A stretch of DNA of 64,000 nucleotides from Narcine bancroftii (GCF_036971445.1 NC_091474.1:32674001-32738000); one strand, 5' to 3'; shown: positions 36,031 to 50,700, counted from the stretch's first letter. A program made the numbers and translations. The notes: a model not told the origin generated them from the letters alone.

Positions 36031-36509
36031 TATCATGTTGCATTGCACTGGTGTGTAGTCTCCTATGAAATCAAATATGTCCAGTGATCAGCTCTTGGGA
36101 AGTAGGAGTTGGTGATGGGAAGTGCAATCAGTGAGTGTGGGGAATTGGTTTGATGATGTCATGAACTTGACATGGACAGTTAGTGGTTGCTACACAGGAT
36201 GGATCTGAAGGAAAAGCAAGGAGTAATGAGTTTAATTGGATTCCTGCCAATGACCAGATAGCAATAACAGCTCTTTAAACGGACAAGCTTCACTCGATAC
36301 TGTGAAGGTCTGCTTCTGCATGAGTGGCCTTCAGATAGCACAGGCCGAGATGTGTTCGACCTGGTGTTTCCTGGGCACCAGCTCATCCAAATGAAAACCT
36401 TGAGCTTCCGTAATGCTTTAACTTTTGTAAAAATTGTATTTGGTGGATCACTAAAACATGGCACTCCATGATCTTTGTAGATTGAACACGGACACACTAA
36501 GGAATGTTT

Positions 36510-36785
36510 TTTTAATAATTTTTTATTTAATACTTCTCTGTGAACCACTTCAATAGCAATATATATAAACATTTATCATTAAAATATACACAGTGACTTT
36601 TTCCCCCTTTCTCCTACCCTCTATAACATAAAGCAATAATAAAAGAAAGAAGAAAAATAAATAAACAATAAAAAAATACAAAAGAGAAAAAAAAGAAATT
36701 GTGTCATCCTAAATTCCATATTTAAGTATTTTTAAACTTGTAGCTTATCATTTTAAGAGTTGGAGGTCTGAAATGTTTAAACATA
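36510..36785 (-). mobile_element. L1-like 3' tail remnant
   Basis: Poly-T followed by TTTATT and an A-rich 3' UTR pattern, as for the 9-kb L1 reversed. Confidence 0.4.
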
Positions 36786-38244
36786 TCTAGAAGCAGGAAA
36801 TTGTCAATAAAAGCAGAAAATACTGGAGATTCCAAGTTAGGCAAAATATCTGTAGAAAGAAATGGTTTGATAACTTTTCACGAGCACCACTGAGCATAAT
36901 CAAATGGTATACTTCCACCTTATTGTGTGGAAATGCAAACTTGTTACATGGGATAATTGCAGAATAGATGTGGCAGTTCAAAAGTAGGGCATCTATGAGT
37001 TCCTGTGGTCCATCATTTGCCAAAGTGTTTTTCACTACTATCTGTAAATTCTTGGCTTGGCATATGCCTCACTCAAACTATTACTGTCAAGCCATTAGGA
37101 TCAATGGTGATTCAGTGAGGGCAAAAGAGCTTGCCAGAAGCAATGGAAAGCACACAGAACAAAGATGAGGTGCTAGTTCAGTGAAGATGAGGGCTGAATG
37201 AATGTAAAAAAAGCAAAAGCAGTGGAGCTGAGCAATCCCACAATAAATAGATAGATCAAAGGAAAAACCCCATACCTTGTAATGAATAGTGGTGGATAAT
37301 TGACAAGAGGAGAAGATTCCAAGAGTATCCACATCATTACAGAGGGTGGAGTCCAGCAAGTGAGTACTAATGAAAAGGCTGAAGTATAAGGAATGAGAAA
37401 GGCAGAAGACATGATTGATCTCAGCTTCCCCCTGAGATTCCCACCATTCCAGGAGCCAGTTTCCAATCAACATGACTTACTGCAGGCGACAGCAAGAAAT
37501 GGTTTGCATTACTAGACGTGGCAAATGTGAAAAGATCAGGCACATTCCAGCTCTAACACTGAAGACCTGTACTTCCCAGAACTATCCAACACTGACATCA
37601 ATGTGATAAGGTGGAAAATTGTCCAGATATGTCCCATTCACAACAAAACAGGACAAAACTATTCTGACCTTTCACCATCCAATCAGTCTACTCTCAATTG
37701 TTGTTTTACTTGCAGCGATTTAGTTGCTCTTAATCATCAATAACTTACTCATGCAGCAAGGTTGAGACAATGCTCAGCCAAGCAACCTTAGAATTAGAAC
37801 ATGCCATGCAATGACCAACTTGAACAAGAAAGAATCTATCTATTTGGCATTCAATGGCAGAATGAAGACTGAGTCTCCTACCACCAATGCCCCAGGGAGC
37901 ATGATTTCTCAGAAGTTTCACTACCATAATTGCCATTGGGAACAAAATAACCCTCACCTCATTATACCTCAAAGGCTTTGCACTATCTACAAGGTGCAAT
38001 CCTGAACATAATGGAATACTCTTCAGTGTTTGTATGTGTGCACTTTCCAACAACACTATCTAGAACAAAGCAACCTGCTTAATTGGCACTTCATCAACCA
38101 CCTTTATCCTTCATTCCCAACACTACAGAAACACAGTGGCTGTTAAATGTACTGTAACTTTACAAAATACCCTCAGGCTTCTCCAATGGTCACTCCAAGA
38201 CTCACAACTTGCTCTCTACCAAGGAGGACAACTGCAACAGGGCA

Positions 38245-39030
38245 AGTTAGCAAAATGGTTTAAAATTTAGCTTGGCAAAGGGAGATGGAGAGTGATGGTG
38301 GAGGGCTGTTTTTTTCATTGGATGCCAATGACAAGTGGTTCCCCACAGGGTTTGGCATTGGGACCCTTGTGGTTTGCAGTATACGTAATTGACTTGGAGG
38401 TGGATGTGGTGGAAAAGATCAGTAAATTCACATATGACATGAAGATTGGAGGAAACTACAGAGGATAATATCACAGACACAACCATTGGTCTCCTATGTT
38501 TTGTACAATATACAATTATGAAGGGAATAGATAAGATAGAGGTAGGTAAGTTGTTTCACTGGTAGATGAGACGAGAACTAGGGGACACAGCCTCAAACTT
38601 CAGGATAGTGGATTTAGGATGGAGATGAGGAGAAACTGCTTTTCCCAGAGAGTGGTGAAATTATGGAATTCTCTGCCCATGGAAGCAGTGGAGGCTACCT
38701 CAGTAAACATATTTGATGACTTTAGATATATTTTTGCATAGTACAGGAATTAAGGGATATGAGGGAAAGGCAGGTAGATGGAGATCAGATCAGATCAGAT
38801 CAGCCAGGATCTCATTGAATGGAAGAGCAGGATTGATGGGCTGAATGGCCTACTCCTGCACCTGTTTCTTATGTTCTTCACATTATAAATGGCAGGGCCT
38901 AAGGGAGTATTGAGAAACAAAGGGACATGGTCTCTGTCCATCAATTCTTGAAGGTGGTATTAAAGGAAGACAATATTGTTTGGAATGTATCTGGGATACT
39001 AGCCCTCATTATTCAGATAATTAAGTAAAG
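38245..39030 (+). mobile_element. CR1 LINE fragments including a 3' end
   Basis: VTSGSPQGLALGP, FSQRVVKLWNSLP, GAATGGCCTACTCCTG..TTCTTATGTTCT tail. Confidence 0.85.
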
Positions 39031-39616
39031 ATACTATCATGTCCGGACTTTCCGATTCCAGGATTCAGGAAGCCACAAGGCTTGTCCTTTACCCTGTGCT
39101 CAGGTAAGGAGAGATGTCCCAGTACTGCAGGCACTAATATTGGGTGGTTACTCGGTTCCAGCAAGATCCTGTCCAAAATCACAAGCTGAGCTCCAGTATC
39201 TTAACAGTGGGTCCTAGATCTGTGAGAGCAATTTAATAGTGGATAAGTATGTGTCAGGCATCGTTGGGTCAAGTGCAGTCCAGAAACAAGTTTTGATATT
39301 TATATTAGAGTCACAGAGCCTTACCACATGGAAGAAAAAGTCCCTCTGGTCTAACTCATTATGCCAACCAAGTTGGAATCCTGGGTTACTCCTATTTTTG
39401 CCAGATCCTTCTCAATCTTTCCTCATCATATATCTTTCCAAATGTCTTGTGAATCGTGATATGCTGTGCTTATCATTCCTATTAAGGAGTAGGTGTCTTC
39501 CTAAGATTATGTGGTCACATAGGAGAACCAGTGACCAGTGTTTTGTTAGTGAGTCTGCCATGCAATAAATCCAGAACTCACATCTAGCAGAGCTTGTAGA
39601 AGCACAGGTAACTTAC

Positions 39617-39781
39617 CTTTACAGTCCTGATTATTTCCATACATCCATGGGGGCTATCTAAAAGCAAAGGTGACCTGCTTGGAGCAACTGACACACTTTT
39701 CTCATCTGAAAAGAAGTTCATCAGATTTAGTAATGGAGCAGCAATGGAAGAAATGAACTTTTTGGAGAATTCAGGTAGTGG
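39617..39781 (-). CDS. Orphan candidate exon (165 bp, phase 0, open)
   Basis: Acceptor tttatgttttccttcag and donor AAG|gtaagt. Translates to PLPEFSKKFISSIAAPLLNLMNFFSDEKSVSVAPSRSPLLLDSPHGCMEIIRTVK. No homolog recognised. Confidence 0.35.
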
Positions 39782-40488
39782 CTGAAGGAAAACATAAAGC
39801 ACAGTAAATGGGGATGATCGGAGATGAGATGAATTCTGTTATTCCTGCTATACTCCTTTTTATACTCCAATGGTTGAGCCAAATGAGTGGTACAATCAAG
39901 CAGTTCTTTCAGAGACCATTACATTCCTTCACTATTCTGGGTGCTTGGGCACTACTTACTGAGCTTCCCCACCTTGATCTAATATAAAAATGCTTTCTCC
40001 TCATTTTTTTGTGCTAAATCTCAGTGCACTCTGCTTATTTTCCACATTTTCCACAAACTACAGTGATCAGGTTTATTCGCACTGATTTCCCATTCAAATC
40101 TATAAGAATACTGGGAATTTTCAGAGCAAATTTAGGTCCATTTTGGTTTGCTTTATGCTAACAGAATTCTGTTCCTCAGGAATAATTAATCTCTTGATAT
40201 GTTTTCTGTTGTATCAGAGTGATATTGCCATGTGATCCCATTTTGGTAGACATTTGTAATTTACAGACAAATGCAGAAAGTATTAGAAACATTCAGCTGG
40301 CCAGACAGGATTTGTAGAATGAGAAACCCTTCATCACAATTGTGAAAAAGTGAAAACAATGTTAGTTTGGTCCGTCATTGCATGATCTTATCTTACATTT
40401 TTTTTCCTGTGATAACATTTCAAAAAAGCCTGACTTTGCTTTCTATGAGGGTATGAGTCCAGTAAAGATATTCAGAGGTGAGGCATAG

Positions 40489-40633
40489 GGACATAGGAAG
40501 TAGGAACAGGAGTAGGCCAAAAATGGCCCATCGAGCCTGCTCCGCCATTCAATACGATCATGGCTGATCTTTATGTCCTAACTCCACCTACCTGCCTTCT
40601 CCCCATATCCCCTAATTCCTCTATCATGTAAAA
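40489..40633 (-). mobile_element. CR1 3' end
   Basis: Near-identical to 46367-46510. Confidence 0.85.
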
Positions 40634-43139
40634 TGCAGGAGGCATTCAGTCTTGTCTAAGGAACAGAAAGCCTTTTCAAAAGTTTGCAAAACCTCAGAGG
40701 AACTTATGTTATTCTCTGATTGTGACTTCAATAACAGGTCACATTTCCCTCTAGGATAATTTTTCGTGTCTTGGGCTATATTGTACGATCAAAGGCATCA
40801 TCCTACTGTCTTCGGCTTTTGAATTTTGAGATATAAGAACAATGAAAATTCTTCATCAAATAATAATTATTTGTGCTATCATCTTGCTAAACAGTTCATA
40901 AGCCCCAGCAATTTGTATTCCGAACATTTGGCCCCAGGCTTGAGGCCAATCCTGCTCCTTGGTCTCTGCAACATGCTGACAGGATGTAAATTACTTCAAA
41001 ATGCCAACATTACAACTGAGCCCCAATACGTCAGTGCCATTATTCCTCAAGAGTGACATCCTTCAGCTTATCATATAATATTTTTTAATCGTACTTGATT
41101 AGTTGAGGTGCGCACACATTGTTTTATTGTAACACTGCAGGTGTTTGCAGCGATTTTGATTTTTTTTCTCTCTGTCTCTGTTTAACACCATTGCCCTTAC
41201 TCTATATTTACATATGGTTTTGTGCCACAATCCTGAGTTACCTACAGCAGGAGGAATTCAAAATGTCACAAATTAATTTGTTGCATATTGAAGCTATCAT
41301 AACAGACTAAAAAATGAAAACCGTTGATTAAACTCTACCTTGCTTAATATTTTCTGCTCACTTTTGGAAAGTTAAACAAAATATCATTTTACAATTGACA
41401 TAATGCAAATTCAGACAGCAAGACTTTGGTATGGTTAATAAATTCTCTTTAAAGGTGTCGGCATCTGGATGGCAGCGTAAAATGTAATTTAGATCCCTGT
41501 GAACTTTTGACTGCTCCATTCTGAGCTAACATCATCAGTGGAGTATGTCAGAAGAGAAAATGTGTTGCTGCCCTGCAGGCTACAAAAGAAAATCATCACT
41601 CAAAGGAATAATGACATGAGAGATGGATATTAATAATCTGTAAAAGTGCTGCCCATGTACAACATCAGTCAGCAAACCACCACCACCAACTTCTTTCAAA
41701 TACTGATTCCACTGCATGAGGTAGATCAGGTAACATGTTCTGTCGATTTATCTCGCCCGTTGACCACATGAAAAAGCTTTTTAGCATACTAAAAAGGAGA
41801 CAGAGGCCATTTTAAATGGTGCGGTGTCTGCAAGCTAACAAATGATAGGTGAACTAGCCACTAATAACTGCCACTTCCCACTGTTCATTCCTCACAGCTG
41901 GAATTGCTGTCCGCGCTCTCCCTGATGGAGTCAGACCCAGGAGTTGTATCATTCAGTGGCTCATTAGTTTGATAAACCGTTCTAGTAGAGTACCCGCAGC
42001 AGCCACTGCCAGCACTGCAGTACTTATGTGACTTCAGGGACTCCTGAAAACTAAACCATCATGAGAGGACAGAACACAGGCAGGATTCTGCAGCTGTTTG
42101 GAAACAACATTGTCCTCGAAGCACAGTTGCTCTCGATCTAACATCAGAACTACGGAAATGAACAGATTGAATTAAGGAAATAGCTGAATGAAAAGTCAAG
42201 CTTGTTTTTGCTTTTATAAAGTAAACATTGCATTTTCTCGGTGCAGTGCAAAATGCAGTTTATTTTGCTCTCTTTGCAAGTTCTGTTCATGCAGACCCGA
42301 TGGCACTGATCTTTGACTTTCTGCTTTCAAGGGGTTGGCTTCAAGACTGAGGCCATTCTGGTTTGTAAACAAGGCATCCAAAATTTAAAAAAAAATTCAA
42401 CCCAGTCAAAAGACAAAAACAAAATAATCTCAGAGCACTTTGAACCTGGACAAAATAATTTAATTCAAATTATTCAGAGGGTAAAATCCTGCTTAAGGAT
42501 AAATGAAGCTCAAAGCATGATAGACACATTTTTTTAAAAAATTGTGAACACATGATTGATGCGATGAGAATTTATTCGCAGAGATTTAATCTCAGAACAT
42601 GCAGGATGAAGAGTGTTCAACCTTTTTTTTTAAAGAAAAAATGAAAGATGGGATATATTCAGAGAACTAAAATGTTGTCTTTTGCTTTGTAATGCCACTT
42701 TCTTTCTCAAATCAATGATTTGCCTCTATTATGCTCGTTGCTAGTGAATGGGAGTCGTGTTCATTTTTATCTTCTTGGATAGTTTGATTAGCTTGAGCTG
42801 GTTTAATAGGATTTTTTTGGGTTTATGGATTTATGTCTATTTTCTCTGACTGCAGAGCAGTCATCCATCTTAGAGGTGAATTTTGTCTCTGAATGAAGCA
42901 TGAGCAAGTAGTTTGTTTCCTTTGCCTTGACTAGACCACTAATGATAGACTGAGAAATCCTGATATCACGATTTAAAAGTGAATTGCCCAGGGGCTGAGA
43001 TGAACCAGCTTATAGGGTGGAAGAGGGAACATGAAATTATTGCTGCTATCTATCTCACTGCATTGGACCAGTATAACCTATTGGCTGGTGTCCATTTTAG
43101 AACCATGTGGGGGAGGAGCTGGTTACTTGTGCATCTCCT

Positions 43140-43400
43140 TAACCTACGACCATCGGGAAGGAGGTACAGGAGCATCAAAATCAGAACAGCCAGACTGGGA
43201 AATTGCTCCTTCCCCCAGGCTGTGACCTGTAACCAAGTAAATTATTCCAAAATATTTTTATATATTTATTTAAAATTATATCTTTAGCTATATACTGTAT
43301 GTGATTATCATGTGCTATGTGATAAGTGTATTGTGTGTGTGTGTATTGTGGTCTGGAGCAACACTGCTTTATGTTTGGTTGAATATGTACAGTCAGATGA
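43140..43400 (+). mobile_element. Rex/Babar-type LINE 3' end
   Basis: LRPSGRRYRSIKIRTARLGNCSFPQAV, followed by a TGAACT tail. Confidence 0.75.
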
Positions 43401-43589
43401 TAATGAACTTGAATTTTAAGTGCCTCTTAAGTGGGGAGTTTATTTCTAAGAGGGAACAGCAGGGAAACACTGTGAAAGGGATAAGAGAACGAGAGGACAT
43501 CAGATTAGCAGATGGTGAGTTACAAGCCCTGGTTCATTCAGAGATGAGGAGGAAGATCTTGGTCTCCAAGGGGAAGAAAGCTTTTAAAT

Positions 43590-44680
43590 TGATATTCAGA
43601 TTTTCAGATTTAACATTTATTGTTGGAGCACATACGTGACATCATATACAACCCTGAGATTTATTTTTTCCTGTGGGCTTAGCAGAATTACCACTAACTG
43701 GCAGTGGAAAAAAATAAACTGTACACAGCGTAAACATAAACAAATAAAAGAATTGAGAACAGATAATAAATGTAAACAAACTATGTAATACAGAGCGAAC
43801 AAAAGAAAATCAATAAAGTGCACAAGTAACAGTCCTGAAATGAGTCCTTGATTGAGTTTGTTGTTAAGGAGTCTGATGGTCGAGGGGGAGCAGTTGTTCC
43901 TGAACCTGGTGGTGTGAGTCTTGTGGCATCTATACCTCTTTCCTGATGGCAGCAGCGAGAACAGAGAGTGTGCTGGGTGGTGTGGGTCTTTGCTAACCTC
44001 CAATACTCAATAATGGGTAGGGTTTGTCCTGGGCTGTGTCCACTACCTCTTGGAGGGCTTTATGCTCAGGGATATTCTTGATCTCATACCAGACTGTGGT
44101 GCAGCTGGTCAGCACACTTTCCATCACACCCCTGTAGAAATTTGTCAGCATTTCTAATGTCATACCACTGAGGAAGTAGAGGTGCTGACATGCTTTCTTC
44201 ATGATGCTATTGGTGTGTTGGGTCCAGGAAAGATCATCTGAGATTAGTGAGTCCCAGGAACCTAAATTTGCTCACTCTCTCCACCTCTGATTCCCCAATG
44301 ATCACTGTATTGTGTACCTCTGGCTTTCCTTTCCTGAAATCAACAATTAGCTCCTTAGTTTTGGTGAAATTGAGTGTGAGGTTGTTGTTGGTGCACCTTT
44401 CAGCCAAGTTTTCAAACTTCAGCCTGTATGCAGACTCATCCCCATCCTTTATACAACCCACTACTGTGATATCATCGGCAAATTTGTAGATGGTGGTGTT
44501 GCTGTATCAAACTACACAGTGGTAGGTGTAAGGTGAGTAGAGCAGGGAATTAAGAACAGAGCCCTGTAGTGCTCTGGTTCTGATGGAGTTTGTTGAGGAG
44601 ATTGTGGTCTGGAAGTGAGGAAATCTATGATCTAATTATACAGTGGGGTGTTAACTCCCATGTCTTGGAGTTTGCTGAGG
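43590..44680 (-). mobile_element. Rex/Babar-type LINE fragment
   Basis: KFADD..NNLTLNFTKTKELIVDFRK..KDPHHPAHSLFSLLPSGKRY. Same subfamily as 34830-36030. Confidence 0.9.
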
Positions 44681-44939
44681 GGAGGGGACTCATGGAAGGG
44701 AATGGATCACTGAGTATATTAGTGCAGAAGAATGTGTGGTAACTTTACCAGTACAGGTACTCTCACTTCCCCAGATCACTCCTTCCAGAGAAGGCATGCA
44801 CATTTCTGCAGAGAGCCTTTGGGGTTCCCTGTCCAAGGAGGCTGTGAGGGCTCAGAGATGAGAATATTCAAGACAGAGCTTGACAGATTTTTGGATGATA
44901 AGGGATCAGTTTTCATGCAAGAATCAGAGAGACAGAGTG

Positions 44940-46340
44940 AAATATGTGGTGGTTTGCAATTTAACTCTGACAATTGTTACGTGTTGTATTTTAATAAGGC
45001 AAACCAAACTAGGACTTACACAGTACATGGTAGAGACCTAGAGAGAGAACCCAAGGTTCATACTTTCCTAAAAGTGGCTACTGTGGTGGGCAGGGTGGTG
45101 AAGAAGTCATTTGCCATGTTCTGTCCTCATTAGGTGGGATAGCACAAAGTTTGGGACCTCATGCACTGCAGAGAGAGCACACTTGGGGTACTCTGTACCC
45201 AGGTGTAGGAACTATATCAATAAGTTGGAAGGGGTGCGGAAGAGATTCATCAGAATGTTGCCGGAGTTAGAGAGCTTGAGTTGAAAGGAAAGGTTGATTA
45301 GATCAGAAGACATAAAAGTAAAATTAGGCCATTTGGCCATTGATTCTGCCGTAAAGGTTCTTTGTTCTCTGGAGGTTGAGATACAGTACAACTCCGAATA
45401 TCCAAAATGGTCGGGACTGGGCCTATTTCAGATAAACGATATTTTCAGAGAACTGGTCATTTTTTAAAAACAGCCCAGTAGCAACTGCAAATCACTTGTA
45501 ACAGTGTTTAAACAACAACACACAAGAGAAGGCTCTTTAAGCTTGAAATAATGTTTAATTCTCACCAAAAAGCTGCAGCTTCAATTTCTGTTCTACGGAC
45601 AGACATAAATATTTTCAGTCACATCCACAGTGCCATCTGCAGACCTTTTTGCCATTGCAAAACCCTCGAGTGATCCGTTGGAATCAAAATGGTATCTCAG
45701 AGAGACACATGGACACGCTGGGTTTAAAATTTTTTCAACCTTTAACATCAATTTGGTTCCAAAAATCATTTCAGATAACTGAGCATTTCTGATTGTTTCG
45801 GATATCCTCATTTATCCAAAATTTTTCAGAGATGAAATGACGTCATTTCAGCTTTGAAATTTTTCAGATAAATGAGGATTTCTGATTTTTCTGAAATCCT
45901 TAATTATCCAAACAAAATTTTTTTGGAGCCAAATGAACGTCACTTTCAGGTCCAATAATTTTTCGGATAACTGAGGATTTTCAATAGTTGGAGTTGTACT
46001 CTATGTAAAATTATGACGGCAGGGATAAAGTGTGTCCTCACAGTCACGTTCCCAGAGAGGATGATTCTTGAATCAGAGGGCATAGGTTCAATGTGAAAGG
46101 GGAAAGAATTAAAAGGGATTTGAAGGGCAACTTCTTCATTCAGAAGGTGGTTCATGTCTGGAATTGACTGCCAGAGCAAACTATAGAAACCAGTAGAATT
46201 ATAGAGTTCAAAAGACATTTAGTCATATGATGTGGATAGGAGCAGTTTTGAAAGATATGGACCAAATGCAGGCAAGCAAGATTGGCCCAGAATATCACTT
46301 TCATTGTCTGAAGAAGTTGAGCTGAAAGACCTCTTTGCGG
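44940..46340 (+). mobile_element. Degraded CR1 LINE interrupted by a MITE
   Basis: LKVATVVGRVVKK, KLEGVRKRFIRMLP, FFIQKVVHVWN. Confidence 0.75.
45384..46001. mobile_element. Tigger/pogo-type MITE with internal repeats
   Basis: TIR CAGTACAACTCC / GGAGTTGTACTC, TA flanks, and repeated TTTC(A/G)GATAA.TGAGGATTT motif in both orientations. Confidence 0.85.
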
Positions 46341-46350
46341 GTGTGTAACT

Positions 46351-46655
46351 ATAGGAACATAGGAACATAGGAAGTAGGAACAGGAGTAGGACAAAAATGG
46401 CCCATCAAGCCTGCTCCGCCAATCAATATAATCATGGCTGATCTAATTTATGACCTAACTCCACCTACCTGCCTTCTCCCCATATCCCCTAATTCCTCTA
46501 TCATGTAAAAATTTAATGAGGCAGCCTCAACCACTTCCCTGGTTAGAGAATTCCAAACATTCTCTACTCTCTGGGAAAAACTATTTTTCCTCATCTCTGT
46601 CCTAAATCTACTCCCCCGAATCTTGAGACTGTGTCCTCTCGTTTTAGTTTCCCCT
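46351..46655 (-). mobile_element. CR1 3' end
   Basis: (ATAGGAAC)n tail; reverse complement of the 38570-38880 type sequence. Confidence 0.85.
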
Positions 46656-46817
46656 ATGACTCAAAAATGACAGGCACCTTCTCCAGATGCACCCACAAGG
46701 CAGTTAAAAGCTCACTGTTCCCTCTCTTGCCAGGTAATCATTTCCACAACACACAGCAGGATGCCAATCTGGAAAGATGAAATGCTGGACAGGTTTTAGC
46801 GATGACATATAGTGTCA

Positions 46818-47755
46818 GCGCTTGACGTCCTGTTTTGCAGAAACTGCCAAAATGTTTGGCCTGGAAGTCAGCCTGAAGAAAACGGATGTCCTCCATCAAC
46901 CAGCTCCCAACCATGACTGCCAGCCCCCCCACATCTCCATCGGGCACACAAAACTCAAAACGGTCAACCAGTTTACCTATCTCGGCTGCACCATTTCATC
47001 AGATGCAAGGATCGACAATGAGATGGACAACAGACTCTCCAAGGCAAATAGCGCCTTTTGAAGACTACACAAAAGAGTCTGGAAAAACGACCAACTGAAA
47101 AACCTCACAAAGATTAGCGTATACAGAGCCATTGTCATACCCACACTCCTGTTCGGCTCTGAATCATGGGTCCTCTACCGGCATCACCTACGGCTCCTAG
47201 AACGCTTCCACCAGCATTGTCTCCGCTCCATCCTCAAAATTCATTGGAGCGACTTCATCCCTAACATCGAAGTACTCGAGATGGCAGAGGCCGACAGCAT
47301 CGAGATCCAGCTGCGCTGGGTGGGTCACGTCTCCAGAATGGAGGACCATCGCCTTCCCAAGATCGTGTTCTATGGCGAGCTCTCCACTGGCCACCGTGAC
47401 AGAAGTGCACCAAAGAAGAGGTACAAGGACTGCCTAAAGAAATCTCTTGGTGCCTGCCCCATTGACCACCGCCAGTGGGCTGATCTCACTTCAAACTGTG
47501 CATCTTGGTGCCTCACGGTTCGGCGGGCAGCAACCTCCTTTGAAGAAGACCGCAGAGCCCACCTCACTGACAAAAGACAAAGGAGGAAAAACCCAACACC
47601 CAACCCCAACCCACCAATTTTCCCCTGCAACCGCTGCAATCGTGTCTGCCTGTACCGCATCGGACTCGTCAGCCACAATCGAGCCTGCAGCTGACGTGGA
47701 CTTTTACCCCCTCCATAAATCTTCGTCCGCGAAGCCAAACCAAAGAAGAAGAAGA
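46818..47755 (+). mobile_element. 5'-truncated RTE LINE
   Basis: Homologous to 60034-60981, with one stop and a 15-bp deletion. (GAA)n tail. 9-bp TSD ATAGTGTCA (46809-17 and 47756-64). Confidence 0.95.
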
Positions 47756-50700
47756 ATAGTGTCACAGAGGAGAGGAGGTTGTGAAGGAATCAAGAGAGAA
47801 AGTTGGTGCACATGTGAGAAAGATTAAGTTGAAAGACTTATGGTGAATAAAATGAGAGGAGAAATTGGACAGATGTTATTATGCTGATTGGAATTGACAT
47901 AAACCCAATGGACAAAAAAATGGTCTCCTTCTTGGCATCAAGATATGTTTCACAGAGTTCATTCACATGTTGACTTCCTTTGCACTTCCATCCCATCAGC
48001 TACTCCTCTTTCTTTTCCTTTCTCCTTCTCTCTCTCTCTGGCTCTCTCTCTCCCCCCCCCCCCCCCCACCCCACCCTTTCATATTTGCCACTGAAGATAA
48101 CCATGTCACTTAAGGGAATGGGTTGCAGCCTTATTGGAAGTGCGGTGTATGACTCTTGCAATAGAAATTCAGAGCCCACATCAGAGTGAGAGTTATTCGG
48201 AAAAAGAGATCACTTTCTTTGTTGTCCTAATTCCCTAATTTCGTTGTCAAGTTACACATCTGAATCCTTTGTCATAAATAGTTTTTTTTTCAACTTCATT
48301 TGACTCACTTTGCAGAAGCAACTGTTCAGATTTAAAGAAAGTCAAAAAGATGAAATCTTATGCGTATTTAGACTTTAATGAGATAAATTTACCTTTGGAT
48401 AATGATGTGAAATGAACTTATCGAATGAGCGCACATGATATGTAATACGTGACTTACCCACTGTGGATAGGGAAGTTGTGTAATGTGTACAACAAGCAGC
48501 CAGTTTAAGGTCACCTGTTGAAATTATTGACCAAGTTTGGATGTCTGGACAGAAGATAGGTGATCAAATTTTTAAAATGTGCTTTGCAGTATCAAATCCT
48601 TAAAAACAAACTTTGTATTCAGACCCAAAATAGCAAACGACTGGCTAGAGCACATCTCTCAAATAAATCACACCTTAGGTATGGTGTAACACATTTGAAC
48701 AATATGTTACAGCAAAAATGTGATATCTGTACTGATCGTTAATATTATACCAGGGCAGAGTATCAATCAATTTCTTTACTGGGTCTCGTCAACTATATGA
48801 TTAAATCACAGGAATAGATTTGAAGAGCTGTGTGATCAAGCTTGCACAGCAGAACACAACACTCAACATAAGAATTCATTTTAAATTACTACTGATAAGT
48901 TATTTCCTCATGAAACCACAGAGATGATAAAGTTATTTTAGTAATAAAATATCCATTTCCAAATAATATGTATGACAGTTCCAACCTGCTAATGGTCTAC
49001 TTCCCTGGCACTTGCTAGTCCAAGCCCATATTTTACAAGAGTAGATCAATACTCTTTTTACCAGTCCTGTATAAATGTAATCATCTGGTCGCAGAGGCCT
49101 TGTATGGGGGTGATTCAGCCTTCTAATTATCTGTGGATACACATTTATCTAATAATAAATATGCAATAATTAGAGTTTGGATAAGTTATGATGCAGTCTA
49201 CAGTTAAAAGATTCATGGGAAATCATAAGGCTGCTGTAAAAATTGAATGGTTTTGTAAATGTTACCCTGAGCCATTCTGTGATTTCACGTTGAACACTTG
49301 AATCTATTCGGTTAAAGAGACAATGCCCTCAAATTGTTTCCCCATGGGACAAACTATATCTTGCAGCTGTGAGAATGATGCATCTCTCTGCTTCCACCTC
49401 TTTTAGGCAAGTGATTACAAGGTCTGTGGGACCTCAGTCACATATTTACTTTCATTAACCATGTAGGTCCTGATATTTTTGGGGATTTAGGGGCTTAACA
49501 GAGTCAACAGGTCTTTGGGCACAGAGACATGGTCACTTTATATGGAAGAGCCTTGTCTGAGTCTGGTCTCAATATCAGCTGTTAGATGGCCAGCTGACAT
49601 TTTAAGTTACTATAGCCTTTAAGCCTAGGGGATTGAACTCAGCTACCATAATAATGACCCATACGTTCTTGGCCTTAATCAATAGCAGCTTAATCAGTAG
49701 GACACGGTACTTTCTACAGTTTGCAGTAACTGCTGGGAGGAAAAATATCAATCTTTGCTTAGAAATTCAAGTATAGAATATTGCTACTTTCAATCCAACA
49801 CTTTGATCTGGAGCAAAATATGTTAATGAAAATCTGCACATTATTTTATATCACTCCAGAAATCTGATCAGGCATTCCTCCTTGTAATTTACCCTTGCAC
49901 TCCAACGAGTCAGGTGCTCAAGAGATGATGCTACTTCTTTTGCAAAAGATCTTTCTGGAGCCTGGTGTAAAATTGGATTGTACTGGACATTCTCAGAAAA
50001 ATTAATCTATCCAAAGTAATAATGGACACCCTCCTCCCCATAAGAAAAAACAAGTAATATACTTTGCTGAGAAACTGGATTATACTCATTCTTGGTCAAC
50101 CAAATATATGCTCTGGTTTGCTTTGATATCATGTGTGCAATCTGCTACAATTCTGAACAGCTATTTGAAGAGCTTGAAGCTGCTGTGTTATTAGCAGCAA
50201 GAAAGTTGGTTAAAATCTCAAAGAGCAACTGGTGCATCTAACCAAAAGGATGCTATGGAGAGCAGGATATTTCTACCCATAGATGCTATCTCACCAGCTG
50301 AGTCCCTCCAGCAATACTTCGTGGACAGAGGAGAAGAGACCCATTTACAAGGTTCAAGGTTCCATTTATTGTCACATAATCATATATAAAAATGTAATAT
50401 ACATGATCTACTCCAGCTTTTATCTGCTGTAAGGCAACATTCATCGTGAGCATTGCCCAGTGCCCCAAACAATAGAGGAAAGAGAAGGAAAATAAACACG
50501 ATCTTCTCCCCATTTCTGAAGCTTTGCAATAGACCTCCCCCCCCCCCCCCCCGGAATCTTCAACCTCTCATGGTACACTACCCAGTACAAGCACTGCCAT
50601 CTTGGGCCCAGACCTCTTGGATGCAGGATTTTTTTTTTAAAGTCACCCCTTTTATAAGGCTGTTTGGCCTGACCATAATTATCAACATCAAGACTGAGCA

